Below are positions 36,075 to 45,514 of a stretch of DNA of 64,000 nt, piece by piece. The translations under genes and the position numbers were made by a program. The stretch covers positions 3,852 through 67,851 of the forward strand of contig JASHOP010000099.1 in assembly GCA_030041075.1 (NCBI GenBank), written 5' to 3'. The notes under the pieces are model-generated. The model was not told the DNA's origin, did no database searches, and saw nothing but the letters and a program-made list of their open reading frames with translations. The first letter of the stretch is position 1, and each line of letters opens with the position of its first letter. The stretch comes from Thermoplasmata archaeon. GTDB taxonomy: Archaea > Thermoplasmatota > Thermoplasmata > Lutacidiplasmatales > UBA184.

Positions 36075-37271
36075 TCACGCGGGGGCGAGCGGAGGGGATG
36101 CGCGCTGGAGGCGGGCGCGGATCCCGACCTCCCCATACAGGATCTCCATCACGACCAGCGAGACGGCGGTCGTCGCGATCGCCATGACGAACAGCCCGGT
36201 GTAGCCGGCCAGGGCGATCGCCACGGCGCCGACGAGCGGCCCCACGCTCCAGAGGGAGGAGTTGATGAGGGCGAACATGCCGAGGTACTCCGCGCGCTCG
36301 CCCGGTGGGGCGAGGCGGGCGACCCAGGTCTGCATGCCGGTGCCGACGAGCGCGAGTCCCGCGTTCCGCACCGCCTGGGCGGGGATCGTCTGCTCCCACG
36401 TCGACGACGTCATGAAGATCCCGAACGAGGCGAGGCTGAGGAGGGTGCCGTACCAGATCCCACGGATCTCGCCGCGCCGGTCGATCCACCGCCCGAGCGG
36501 GAGGGAGACCAGGGCGCCGGTGAGGAGGCCCGCCACCGCCACGACCCCGACCTCGAGGTCGTTCGCCCCGAGGGTCGCCGCGAGGTAGCCGTAGAACGTC
36601 GCGACGGCGCCGCTCCCGATCGCCCGGATCGACACGGCGAAGGAGAACGTGATCACGGGTTTCATCTCCCGAAGCGACCGTCGGACGTGCGGCGGCGCGA
36701 CGATCCGCACGTCGGGTACGACGAAGAACACCACCGAGAGGGTCCCCACCATCACGGCGACGACGAACGGGAACAACGCCGCCAGCCCGAAGACGAACGT
36801 CACGTAGCCGGCGAGGAGGAACCCGACCACCCCGCCCGCGCTCGAGGTGGCGTTGAGGAGGCCGTATCCGTACCCGCGCTCGCCCGTCCGCGTGACGTCG
36901 GCGACGTACGCGGTGAACGCTGGGCCGCCGATCGCGAGCGCGAGCTCGGCGGCGACGAACAGGCCCCCGGCGAGAACGTAGCCGGGGGCGAACACGATCG
37001 CGAGGAAGAGCGGAAAGGCGGCCGCCTCGCCCGCCAGAAGGAACGGGCGGCGCCGGCGCGCGCGGTCGGAGAGCCGGCCGACCCAGGGCCCGATCAGGCT
37101 CGCGGGAACGTAGGCGAGCGAGAGGATGGCGAGCGCGACCGGGAGCGAGGCGCCCTTGACCTCGACGAGGTAGAGCGGCAGGAAGACGATGAACAGCCCC
37201 CCGCGATTGCTCGCGAGCAGCGCGTAGAGCGAAAGCGACAGGAGCTCGCGACTCGCCACGTCCGGGACCAC
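36075..37271 (-). CDS. MFS transporter
   Basis: About 12 predicted TM segments. MFS-type GxLaDRxGrR-like loop (GRLSDRARRRRPF). Confidence 0.75.
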   Translation of the reverse strand: MVPDVASRELLSLSLYALLASNRGGLFIVFLPLYLVEVKGASLPVALAILSLAYVPASLIGPWVGRLSDRARRRRPFLLAGEAAAFPLFLAIVFAPGYVLAGGLFVAAELALAIGGPAFTAYVADVTRTGERGYGYGLLNATSSAGGVVGFLLAGYVTFVFGLAALFPFVVAVMVGTLSVVFFVVPDVRIVAPPHVRRSLREMKPVITFSFAVSIRAIGSGAVATFYGYLAATLGANDLEVGVVAVAGLLTGALVSLPLGRWIDRRGEIRGIWYGTLLSLASFGIFMTSSTWEQTIPAQAVRNAGLALVGTGMQTWVARLAPPGERAEYLGMFALINSSLWSVGPLVGAVAIALAGYTGLFVMAIATTAVSLVVMEILYGEVGIRARLQRASPPLAPA

Positions 37272-37363
37272 GGGCGCGGGTTACTTACCTCGGCCGCCCG
37301 CCGGCGGATGGTCCGGAAGCTTTAGGTAAGAACGAGGCCCGGCCGGACGGGTCGCCTCGGAGG

Positions 37364-38146
37364 ATGGGAGCGGAACTCGTCGCGTTGAAGGTCGAGGACG
37401 ACGGGGTCCGGACCCTGGTCCTGACCCATCCCCCGGTCAACTCTCTGTCGACCGCGCTCCTGAACGAGCTCGATGCGCTCGTGCGGTCCGTCGCGCAGGA
37501 CCCCGCGGCCCGGTCGGTCGTTCTCGCCGGCGACGGCCCGTACTTCAGCGCGGGGGCCGACCTCAAGGAGATGGCGTCGCTCGACCGGGCCGACGCGCGC
37601 AAGGTCGTGCGCCGGGGCCTCGAGGTCCTCGGGCGACTCGAGTCGATCGGGCCGCCCGTGATCGCGGCCGTCCAGGGCCTGGCGGTCGGAGGAGGTCTCG
37701 AGCTGGCGCTCGCGTGCGACGTTCGCGTCGCGGGAGAGTCGGCGAAATTTGGCGCCCCGGAGGTCTCCTACGGCCTGATGCCGGCGTACGGGGGGACCCA
37801 ACGGCTCCCCCGGGCGGTTGGCGTCGCGAAGGCGAAGGAGCTCGTCTTCACGGGAGCGCTGGTCCCGGCGTCGGAGGCGTTCCGGATCGGGCTCGTGAAC
37901 AAGGTCGTCCCGGCCGGTCAGGAGCTGCGGGCGGCCCGGGACCTCGCCCACACGATCGGCCAGAAGGCGCCGAGGGCGGTGCGGGCCGCGAAGCGGGCGA
38001 TCGCCGCGAGCTCCGACCTCTCCCTGGCCGAGGGCCTGGCGCTCGAATCGAGTCTCTTCGAGACCGAGGTCCTGCCGACCGACGACCTCGGGGAGGGACT
38101 CCGGGCGTTCGGGGAACACCGTCCGCCCCGGTTTCGGGGGCAGTGA
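37364..38146 (+). CDS. Enoyl-CoA hydratase (crotonase family)
   Basis: ...YFSAGADLKEM...IAAVQGLAVGGGLELALACDVRVA...FGAPEVSYGLMPAYGGTQRL.... Confidence 0.88.
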   Translation: MGAELVALKVEDDGVRTLVLTHPPVNSLSTALLNELDALVRSVAQDPAARSVVLAGDGPYFSAGADLKEMASLDRADARKVVRRGLEVLGRLESIGPPVIAAVQGLAVGGGLELALACDVRVAGESAKFGAPEVSYGLMPAYGGTQRLPRAVGVAKAKELVFTGALVPASEAFRIGLVNKVVPAGQELRAARDLAHTIGQKAPRAVRAAKRAIAASSDLSLAEGLALESSLFETEVLPTDDLGEGLRAFGEHRPPRFRGQ

Positions 38147-39348
38147 GCGTGGGGATCGAATTCGCCTTCTCGCCCGAGCACGACGCGTTCCGAGCCGGGG
38201 TCCGCGCGCTCGTGGAGAAGGAGGTCGCGCCGATCGTCGGGACGATGGACGAGAGCGAGCAGTTCCCCCGCTCCTCGGTCCGCTCGCTGCAGGAGCAGGG
38301 TCTCTTCGGCGTGCCCGTCCCCGTCGAGTACGGGGGATTGGGCCTCGGGAAGGTCGGCTACTGCATCCTCCTCGAGGAGGTCGGGAAGGTCGACGCCTCG
38401 CACGCGACGATCCTCGGGGCCCACACCTCGCTCGGCACCACGCCCCTCCTCTACTACGGGACCGAGGAGCAGAAGCGACGGTGGCTCGTCCCGGCCGCGC
38501 GGGGAGAGAAGCTTCTCGCGTTCAGCCTCACCGAGCCCGGTTCGGGCAGCGACTCGGGGTCGGTCCGCGCGGCCGCGGAACGGAGGGGCGACGGATGGGT
38601 CGTCTCGGGGAACAAGATCTACGTCTCGAACGGACGCGAGGCCGACACGGTCGTTCTCCTGGCCGCCAACGACGCAAAGCTCGGCCCGCTCGGCGGGGTG
38701 ACGGCGTTCCTCGTCGACACCGACCTTCCGGGCTTTCGGGTCGGTCGATGCGAGAAGAAGATGGGGCTTCACGGGACCTCGACCGCGGAGCTCGTGCTCG
38801 ACCGCGTGGAACTCGGGTCCGAGCGGGTGCTGGGCGAGCCGGGCCGCGGCTTCTTCGTCGCGATGACCGCGCTCGACGTCGGGCGGGTCTCCCTCGGGGC
38901 GGCCTCGCTCGGAGCGATGGAGACCGCGTCCGCCGACGCGCTCGCGTTCGCCCAGCAGCGCGTCCAGTTCGGCTCCCCGATCGCCGGGTACGAGGCGATC
39001 CAGTTCAAGCTCGCGGACATGGCGATGAAGATCCACGCGCTGAGGCTGATGGTCTACCAGGCCGCCGCCCACCAGGACCGCATGGGCGCCGACCCGTCCC
39101 GGTGGGGACCGCTCGACCGGCAGGCGAAGACCCGGGAGGCGGCGATCGTGAAGTGCCTGGGCTCCGAGTGGGCCAGCGACGTGATCGACGAGGCGCTCCA
39201 GATCCACGGGGGCCTCGGATACATCCGCGGCACGCCGATCGAGCGCGCCTACCGGGACGCGCGGATCGGCGAGATCTTCGAGGGGACGAACGAGATCCAG
39301 CGCCTGGTCATCGCCCGCGACGTCCTCGCGCGAGGGTTCGGACCGTAG
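38143..39348 (+). CDS. Acyl-CoA dehydrogenase (second copy)
   Basis: ...FSLTEPGSGSDSGSV...GNKIYVSNG...IHGGLGYIRGTPIERAYRDARIGEIFEGTNEIQ.... GTG start overlaps the crotonase stop (GTGA). Confidence 0.88.
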   Translation: MSVGIEFAFSPEHDAFRAGVRALVEKEVAPIVGTMDESEQFPRSSVRSLQEQGLFGVPVPVEYGGLGLGKVGYCILLEEVGKVDASHATILGAHTSLGTTPLLYYGTEEQKRRWLVPAARGEKLLAFSLTEPGSGSDSGSVRAAAERRGDGWVVSGNKIYVSNGREADTVVLLAANDAKLGPLGGVTAFLVDTDLPGFRVGRCEKKMGLHGTSTAELVLDRVELGSERVLGEPGRGFFVAMTALDVGRVSLGAASLGAMETASADALAFAQQRVQFGSPIAGYEAIQFKLADMAMKIHALRLMVYQAAAHQDRMGADPSRWGPLDRQAKTREAAIVKCLGSEWASDVIDEALQIHGGLGYIRGTPIERAYRDARIGEIFEGTNEIQRLVIARDVLARGFGP

Positions 39349-39410
39349 GCCCGCGTCGGGCCAACCGGGCCGGGGGCGCCGACGGGGCCCCGACCCCCTC
39401 GCGGGGCCGC

Positions 39411-41132
39411 CTACGGGGCCGAGCCCGCGCTTCCGTCGGGCCCCGGCACCCGGGCCGGCGGCTCTCGGAGGACGCGACGGAGGACCTTCTGCACGCCGCT
39501 CCGGGGGAGCGACTCGCGGAACTCGACCGAGCGAGGCGACTTGTAGTGGGCTAGCCGCCCGCGGGTGTAGGCGATCAGCTCCTCGGCTTCGACCCTCGTT
39601 CCGGCCCTCCTCACGACGAACGCCTTCGGGACCTCACCGAGCGTCGCGTCCGGGACGCCGACGACCGCCGCGTCGGCCACCGCGGGATGCTCGAACAGGA
39701 CCTCCTCGACCTCGCGGGGGTACACCTTGAGGCCCCCCACGTTGATCATGTCCTTCTTGCGATCGACAACGTAGGCGAAGCCGTCGGCGTCGATCCGGGC
39801 GAGGTCTCCCGTGAGAAGCCAGCCGTCCTCGAGCACCGCGGCGGTCTCGTCGGGCCGGCGGTAGTATCCGAGCATCACCTGGGGGCCCCGGACCGCGAGC
39901 TCGCCGACCTCTCCGGTCGGCAGCGGGCGGCGGCGGTCCTCCGGGTCGACGACCCGCTGGTCGGTGTCGGGAAGCGGAAGCCCGATCGAGCCGGCGCGGC
40001 GCTCCCCCTCGGTGGGATTGGCGTGGGTGACGGGCGAGGCCTCGGTGAGCCCGTAGCCCTCCAGGATCCGCCCTCCCGTCGCGGCCTCGAGCTTCCGCTG
40101 GACCTCCACCGGCAGGGGTGCGGACCCGCTCAGGCAGAACCGTATCGACCGGATGTCGTGCCGGGCGAGGTCTTCGCGCCGGACGAGAGCCTGGTAGAGC
40201 GCGGGCACGCCGGGGAGCTGGGTGGGGTGGTAGCGATCGATGAGCCCGAGGAGTTCGCCCGGTTCGGGGCGGGTCTGGATCACCACCGTGGCCCCGTCCG
40301 CCAGCCCCATGAGGAGACCGACCGTGAGGCCGTAGATGTGGAAGAACGGGATGGCGGCGAGGATCACCTCGTTGCCCGCGACCCGCGTGGTGTTCCACCC
40401 GTTCGTCTGCGCGACGTTCGCGACGAGGTTCCGATGCGTCAGCATCGCGGCCTTCGCGATACCGGTCGTGCCGCCGGTGTACTGGAACAGCGCGATCGTC
40501 GTCGCCGCATCGCCCAAGTGGATCGGGGCGGTGCCGGGGCTCCGAACCGCCCGACGCCACGGCCGGACCTTGGCGCCGCGGGGGAAGCGGGTCGGGCGAC
40601 CCTGCCGCCGGAGCACGAGGTTCACGAACGGGCGCCGGCTCCACGGGTAGAACTCGCGCAGGCGCGCCACGAAGACGACCGGCAGGGCAACCCGGGAATC
40701 CACGGCCGCCAGGTTCGGGTGGAGGATCTCGAGCGTGACGATCGCCTTGGGCTCGGAGTCGACCAGGACCCGGACCAGATCGTCCCCGACGTACAGCGGG
40801 CTCAGCGGGACCGCGATCGCGCCGATCCGGAGGACGCCGAACAGGGCGATCGCGAACCCCGGGCAGTTCGGAAGGTAGATCGCGACGCGATCCCCCGGCC
40901 CGATCCGTTCGCGCGCGAGCGCCGCCGCGAAGCGCTCGCTCTCCGCCCAGAAGCGGGCGTAGCTCCAGCGCGCCCCGTAGTACAGCAGCGCGGTGCGCGC
41001 GCCCCATCGATGGACGGCGTCGTCCACGAGCTCGGTGAGCAGCTTCGGCGGCAGCGCGACATGGGGGGAGACCCCGGCGGGGTACCGGGAGAGCCACGGC
41101 CGAGCGGGCTCGGTCGCGGGCGCGTCGGTCAC
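39411..41132 (-). CDS. Long-chain-fatty-acid--CoA ligase (AMP-dependent synthetase)
   Basis: ...LFQYTGGTTGIAKAAMLTH... (AMP motif), ...GYGLTEASPV..., ...TGDLARIDADGFAYVVDRKKDMI.... GTG start overlaps the DUF35 stop (GTGA). Upstream of the tracked ORF is a spurious extension. Confidence 0.88.
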   Translation of the reverse strand: MTDAPATEPARPWLSRYPAGVSPHVALPPKLLTELVDDAVHRWGARTALLYYGARWSYARFWAESERFAAALARERIGPGDRVAIYLPNCPGFAIALFGVLRIGAIAVPLSPLYVGDDLVRVLVDSEPKAIVTLEILHPNLAAVDSRVALPVVFVARLREFYPWSRRPFVNLVLRRQGRPTRFPRGAKVRPWRRAVRSPGTAPIHLGDAATTIALFQYTGGTTGIAKAAMLTHRNLVANVAQTNGWNTTRVAGNEVILAAIPFFHIYGLTVGLLMGLADGATVVIQTRPEPGELLGLIDRYHPTQLPGVPALYQALVRREDLARHDIRSIRFCLSGSAPLPVEVQRKLEAATGGRILEGYGLTEASPVTHANPTEGERRAGSIGLPLPDTDQRVVDPEDRRRPLPTGEVGELAVRGPQVMLGYYRRPDETAAVLEDGWLLTGDLARIDADGFAYVVDRKKDMINVGGLKVYPREVEEVLFEHPAVADAAVVGVPDATLGEVPKAFVVRRAGTRVEAEELIAYTRGRLAHYKSPRSVEFRESLPRSGVQKVLRRVLREPPARVPGPDGSAGSAP

Positions 41133-41593
41133 GGGGGGGACGCCTCCCCGCCGGTCGAGGCCCGCGCGAACTGGACCCCCGGCTTGTAGCTGGCGACGAA
41201 CCGGACGGGGTCGCCGATCGCGACGTTCCCCTCCACCCGGATCCCCTGCATCCAGCCCGAGACCCGTCCTCCCCCCTCGAGCTCCACGACCACGTACGCG
41301 TACGGCGCTTCGTTCAGGAACTCGTCGCCGGGGACGGTGAGGACGGTGAACGCCACGATGCGGCCCCGGTCCGAGAGCCCGTGCTCCTCGAGTCCGGGAC
41401 GCCCGCACCGGGCGCACGCGAGCCCCCAGGTGGCCGTGATCGTCCCGCAGCCCGGGCACCGGAGGCCCCGGAGCCGGCCGCCGGATTCGTAGCCGTCCAC
41501 GAACTCCGCGATCGAGTGGGGGGCGGACCCGGAAGCGTCGGCCGTGGTCGACCCCTCAGCGACGCGAGAAGATGTGGACAGAGCAGGAGCCAC
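41129..41593 (-). CDS. Zn-ribbon + OB-fold protein (DUF35), thiolase partner
   Basis: ...LRGLRCPGCGTITATWGLACARCG... rubredoxin-like Zn ribbon followed by ...VAFTVLTVPGDEF..APYAYVVVELEGGGRVSGWMQGI.. OB fold. Always paired with SCP-x-type thiolases in archaea. Exact start uncertain (overlaps the thiolase 3' end). Confidence 0.7.
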   Translation of the reverse strand: MAPALSTSSRVAEGSTTADASGSAPHSIAEFVDGYESGGRLRGLRCPGCGTITATWGLACARCGRPGLEEHGLSDRGRIVAFTVLTVPGDEFLNEAPYAYVVVELEGGGRVSGWMQGIRVEGNVAIGDPVRFVASYKPGVQFARASTGGEASPP

Positions 41594-42710
41594 CCGTCGC
41601 CCCGACGTTGTGCGCGAGCGCCGTCCCGGTCCGCGGGACCTCGCGTCCCCCGGCCCGGCCGTTCACCTGCTCGAAGATCTCGACCACCTGGCCGACCCCG
41701 GTCGCGCTGACGGGGTGCCCCTTCGCCTTCAGCCCCCCGGACGGGTTCACGGGAAGCCGCCCGTCCCGGGCGGTGACGCCGTCCCCGCTCTCCCGGGCCG
41801 CCGTCCCCTTCGGGAAGAAGCCGAGATCCTCGAGGGCGAGCACCTCGGCGATCGTGAAGCAGTCGTGCACCTCGAGGAAGTCGATCTCCCGGGGTTCGAG
41901 CCGCGCTTGGCGGAACGCCCGGGCTCCGGCGGTCCGCGTCGAGGGGAGCCCCAGAAGGTCGGGACGATCGTGCAGGCCCGTGACGGCCCCCGCCCGGGCC
42001 GACGCACGGACGACTAGCGGTTCGCGCGCGGGCCGTCCGATCGACTCCCGGGCGGACACCACGACCGCCGCCGCCCCGTCGGAGAACGGGCAGCAGTCGT
42101 ACAGCCGCAACGGGGACGCGACGATCGGCGAAGCGAGGTACGTCTCCATCGAGATCTCCTTTTGGAGGTGGGCGTGGGGGTTCCGCGCCGCGTTCGCGTG
42201 GTTCTTGATCGCGATCGCTCCGAACATCTCGGGCGTGGTCCGGTACGCGGCGCGGTACGCGCTCGCCAGGGTCGCGTACAGTCCGGGGAAGGTGGCTCCG
42301 TTCCTCGTCTCGAACGGGTAGTCGGCGGCGATCGCGAAGAAGGTGGTCGCGGTCTGCGTGGTGAGATGGCTCAGTCGCTCGGCGCCGACGACCAGGGCGG
42401 AGTCCACGAACCCGCCCGCGACCTGGACGAACGCCTCGTGGAGCGCGGCGCTGGACGAGGAGCAGGCCGACTCCACGGTCACGGAGGGGACCTCGGGGAT
42501 TCCGAGCCCGCTGTTGATGAGCGGCCCGACGTGGGCCTGGTGCTCGGCCAGGCCGAAGCAGTTCGCGACGAACGTGTGACCGATCTGCTTCGGCTCGAGT
42601 CCCGCGTCGCGGATCGCTTCCATCGCGACGCGGGTCGCCGCCTCGCGCGCGGTCTCGGCCATCTTCCCGTACCGGCTCGAGGCGGCGCCGACGATCCACG
42701 TCTCCCGCAT
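41556..42710 (-). CDS. Thiolase-domain protein (acetyl-CoA C-acyltransferase, SCP-x-like)
   Basis: ...SVTVESACSSSSAALHEA... active-site Cys region. ...NPSGGLKAKGHPVSATGV... C-terminal thiolase motif. Confidence 0.88.
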   Translation of the reverse strand: MRETWIVGAASSRYGKMAETAREAATRVAMEAIRDAGLEPKQIGHTFVANCFGLAEHQAHVGPLINSGLGIPEVPSVTVESACSSSSAALHEAFVQVAGGFVDSALVVGAERLSHLTTQTATTFFAIAADYPFETRNGATFPGLYATLASAYRAAYRTTPEMFGAIAIKNHANAARNPHAHLQKEISMETYLASPIVASPLRLYDCCPFSDGAAAVVVSARESIGRPAREPLVVRASARAGAVTGLHDRPDLLGLPSTRTAGARAFRQARLEPREIDFLEVHDCFTIAEVLALEDLGFFPKGTAARESGDGVTARDGRLPVNPSGGLKAKGHPVSATGVGQVVEIFEQVNGRAGGREVPRTGTALAHNVGATGGSCSVHIFSRR

Positions 42711-42764
42711 GCGCCCTGCTCCGACAGCCCGGGGTCGGGGATAACGTGCCCGGACCGGCGGATG

Positions 42765-43052
42765 TCAGACGGGGCGAACGGAAGGGAGACCGACCCAGGC
42801 GCGCAGGGTCTCGAACGCCTTCTCCGCCTCCGCGGCCCGCGCGGTCTTGAACAGCAAGCGGCCCGTCCGGGCGATCGTGACCTCGGGATCCATCGAGGCG
42901 ATCAGCATCACCCGGGCATCGACCACGGGGATGCCCCGTCGCCGGAGCTCGGCTCCGATCCGGGCGAGGTCGAGAACGACCCTCTCCTCGGGCACGGCCT
43001 CGATCCCTCCCCCGCTCGCGCACACCCTGAGCTGGCGGTACATGGCACCCAC
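42765..43052 (-). CDS. Small hypothetical protein (95 aa), family not recognised
   Basis: MGAMYRQLRVCASGGGIEAVPEERVVLDLARIGAELRRRGIPVVDARVMLIASMDPEVTIARTGRLLFKTARAAEAEKAFETLRAWVGL has a balanced, protein-like composition. Confidence 0.45.
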   Translation of the reverse strand: MGAMYRQLRVCASGGGIEAVPEERVVLDLARIGAELRRRGIPVVDARVMLIASMDPEVTIARTGRLLFKTARAAEAEKAFETLRAWVGLPSVRPV

Positions 43053-43147
43053 ACCGGCCGGCTCAGGCGGACGCGGACTTCAAACCCCCGGGCCGACCCC
43101 GAAACCGGGGTCTTCGCGTGCGGTCGAGAGGGCCGGCGCAGACCCGC

Positions 43148-43699
43148 CTACGACGAGCCCATCGGGGCGCCGCACTTCGCGCAGAATTGGGCCCCCGAGG
43201 CGTTCGGAGAGCCGCACGAGGCGCACACCCTCCCGCCGGAGGGGGCGGCCGCGGGCGGCGGAGCGTTCCACGGCGGAGCCGCCCCGCCGGTGAGCGGAGC
43301 GCCCATGCCCATCCCCGACGCGGCCGGCATCGGCGGGTGCCATACGATCGCCAGGATGCCTCCCACGAGGGCGAGGATCAGGCCGAGGACGAATCCGCCT
43401 CCGCCCACGATGCTGATCAGCCCCAGGACGAGGACGACCGCGCCCCAGGTTCTCGCCGATTGAGGGTGCGACCGCATCTGAACCGCTCCGAACAGGATGA
43501 TGATCCCGAACAGGAGCGCGACGATACCGAGGACGATGATGAGCAGGCCCAAACCGGGGAAGAACGCTCCCACGAGGCTTCCGACGAATGCCGCGACGGC
43601 GGCATCGTAGATCCCGTCCAGCAGGATCAGGATCCCGCCGATCAGGGTCAGGACGAACGCGGCGACCGGGTAGCTCCCGCTCTGGGACATCGAGGCCAT
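43148..43699 (-). CDS. Polytopic membrane protein with C-terminal cytoplasmic zinc-ribbon (CASCGSPNASGAQFCAKCG)
   Basis: Four to five TM helices followed by a Pro/Ala-rich linker and a CxxC...CxxC ribbon. Confidence 0.6.
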   Translation of the reverse strand: MASMSQSGSYPVAAFVLTLIGGILILLDGIYDAAVAAFVGSLVGAFFPGLGLLIIVLGIVALLFGIIILFGAVQMRSHPQSARTWGAVVLVLGLISIVGGGGFVLGLILALVGGILAIVWHPPMPAASGMGMGAPLTGGAAPPWNAPPPAAAPSGGRVCASCGSPNASGAQFCAKCGAPMGSS

Positions 43700-43749
43700 G
43701 CGGCTCCGACGGCAGGTCCTGCTATATCAAGCCGTAGGCGGACCGGACG

Positions 43750-44376
43750 TCACAGGACCACGGCTCGCCGGACGCAGTCGTCGATGATCCGGTCGGCATC
43801 GACCCGCTCCTCCTCGCGGAGGATCTGGATCAGGTTCGATCGGGTGGCGGGCTTGTCCGGGACGGCCTGGCAGCAGACTCCCGGGCGGGTCGAGATCGAG
43901 TACGTTCCGATCGCCTTCGCGACCGCCTCGATCTCCTGCTTGTCGAACCCGATCAACGGGCGGACGATCGGAAGGTGGACCGACGCCGTCGCCGACCGCA
44001 TGTTCGAGAGCGTCTGGGAGGCGACCTGGCCGAGCGCCTCGCCCGTCGCGAGGAACGTGGCCCCCTCGCGCTCGGCGATTCGCTCCGCCGATCGCCACAT
44101 GAACCTCCGGCAGAGCACGCAGCCGACGTGCCGGTCCGTCTCCCGCATCAGCGTGGTCTGCGTCGAGCCGTGCGGGACGAGGTAGAGCGGGATCGGCTGG
44201 CGGTAGCGCTCGCGCAGGAGGCCGAGGTGGTCGATCACCTTCGCCAGCGGCGAGTCGTCGGTGAACGGCCGGTTGTCCATGTGGACCGCGACGATCTCAT
44301 GCCCCTGGCGCAAAAGGTAGTGGATCGCCACGGGAGAGTCGATCCCCCCGCTCATGAGCATCACGCCGCGCGCCAT
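43750..44376 (-). CDS. thiI: ThiI-like PP-loop ATP pyrophosphatase domain protein (tRNA s4U/thiamine sulfurtransferase catalytic domain without THUMP)
   Basis: MARGVMLMSGGIDSPVAIHYLL... PP-loop SGGxDS identical to the ThiI signature, plus ...GCVLCRRFM.. and ...TGEALGQVASQT.... Only about 208 aa. The upstream part of the tracked ORF is non-protein-like, so no THUMP domain. Confidence 0.7.
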   Translation of the reverse strand: MARGVMLMSGGIDSPVAIHYLLRQGHEIVAVHMDNRPFTDDSPLAKVIDHLGLLRERYRQPIPLYLVPHGSTQTTLMRETDRHVGCVLCRRFMWRSAERIAEREGATFLATGEALGQVASQTLSNMRSATASVHLPIVRPLIGFDKQEIEAVAKAIGTYSISTRPGVCCQAVPDKPATRSNLIQILREEERVDADRIIDDCVRRAVVL

Positions 44377-44446
44377 CGCCGGGAACGACCGCCCTCCCGG
44401 TATTAAGCGATGCTCGCGGCCCCGCCCGCCGTGAGGGAGAGGTAAA

Positions 44447-45289
44447 ATGCGCTGCCGAGTCGCCGGACCGATGGCTTCCGGGGCCGCGGCGCCGGTCGAT
44501 CTGTTCGCGCGCGACGAGGGGACCGGACCGACGATCGTTCTCCTGCACGGCGTCGGGACGAACCACACGGTCTGGAACGCCGTTGTCCCGCACCTCGGCC
44601 ACGAGTTTCGTATCCTCGCCCCGGATCTCCGGGGCCATGGCCGCTCGCCGGCCCCGGCCGGGTCGCGCTTCTCGTTCGAGGAGCTGGAGGGCGACCTGGA
44701 GCACCTGCTCGATCGCAAGAGCATCCCCGCCGCGCATCTCGTCGGGCTGAGCGCCGGAGCCCTCCTCGCCCTGCGAATCGGCCTCGACCGTCCTCGGCGC
44801 GGCCGGAGCCTCACGATGGTCAGCGGGGCCGCGTACACGGACGCTCACACCCGGTCGGTGGCCGAGCGCTGGGCCGAGACGTACGCGAAGGAAGGGCCGG
44901 ACCGGTTCGCCGTCCGCCTCCTCAAGGATCTCTACTACCCGGATTGGATCGAGGAGCACATGGACTTCGCGGACCGCGTCCGGAAGGAGGTCCTCGACCA
45001 GGACTTCGGGCCGGCGCGCGAGTGGGCCCGGCAGGCCTCCACCTTCGACGAACGATCCCGCATCGCGTCGCTCGCGCTCCCGACCCTCATCGTGCAGGCG
45101 ATGGACGACCAGGTCGTGGACGCCTCCCACGGTCGGATCCTCCGCCAGTCGATCCACGGCGCCCAGATCCGGATCCTCGCCCAGACCGGTCACATGATCC
45201 CGATCGAACGGCCCGCGGAGACGGCCGAGTCGATCGGATCGTTCGTTCGGGACGTCGAGCGGAGGAACGGGAGCTCGCCGACGGACTGA
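44447..45289 (+). CDS. Alpha/beta-fold hydrolase
   Basis: ...IVLLHGVGTNHTVW...HLVGLSAGALLAL... (GxSxG nucleophile elbow)...TGHMIPIERP.... SD-like GGAGAGGT lies 4 nt upstream of the ATG. Confidence 0.8.
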   Translation: MRCRVAGPMASGAAAPVDLFARDEGTGPTIVLLHGVGTNHTVWNAVVPHLGHEFRILAPDLRGHGRSPAPAGSRFSFEELEGDLEHLLDRKSIPAAHLVGLSAGALLALRIGLDRPRRGRSLTMVSGAAYTDAHTRSVAERWAETYAKEGPDRFAVRLLKDLYYPDWIEEHMDFADRVRKEVLDQDFGPAREWARQASTFDERSRIASLALPTLIVQAMDDQVVDASHGRILRQSIHGAQIRILAQTGHMIPIERPAETAESIGSFVRDVERRNGSSPTD

Positions 45290-45340
45290 CCACCTGCCGC
45301 CATCCTCGAGCTTATCTCCTCACCGACCGATTCCGTGCCG

Positions 45341-45514
45341 ATGGCCTCGGACGCTTCCTCCGACCTGGCGGCCCGGCTCGCCCGGCTCGAGCAGGAGCTT
45401 CGAGAGCTCCGGCTGAGGGTCGCCGCTCTGGAGCGGCTGGTCGGCAGCGCGGGCGAGCACCCCGCGGACCGGACCGTGGTCCAAGGGAAAGTCTCCTACG
45501 ACTGGCAGGCATGA
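45341..45514 (+). CDS. Small coiled-coil protein (57 aa), translationally coupled to the NUDIX gene; below the ORF-track size cutoff
   Basis: Manual translation: MASDASSDLAARLARLEQELRELRLRVAALERLVGSAGEHPADRTVVQGKVSYDWQA*. The stop TGA overlaps the NUDIX ATG (ATGA). Confidence 0.35.
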   Translation: MASDASSDLAARLARLEQELRELRLRVAALERLVGSAGEHPADRTVVQGKVSYDWQA

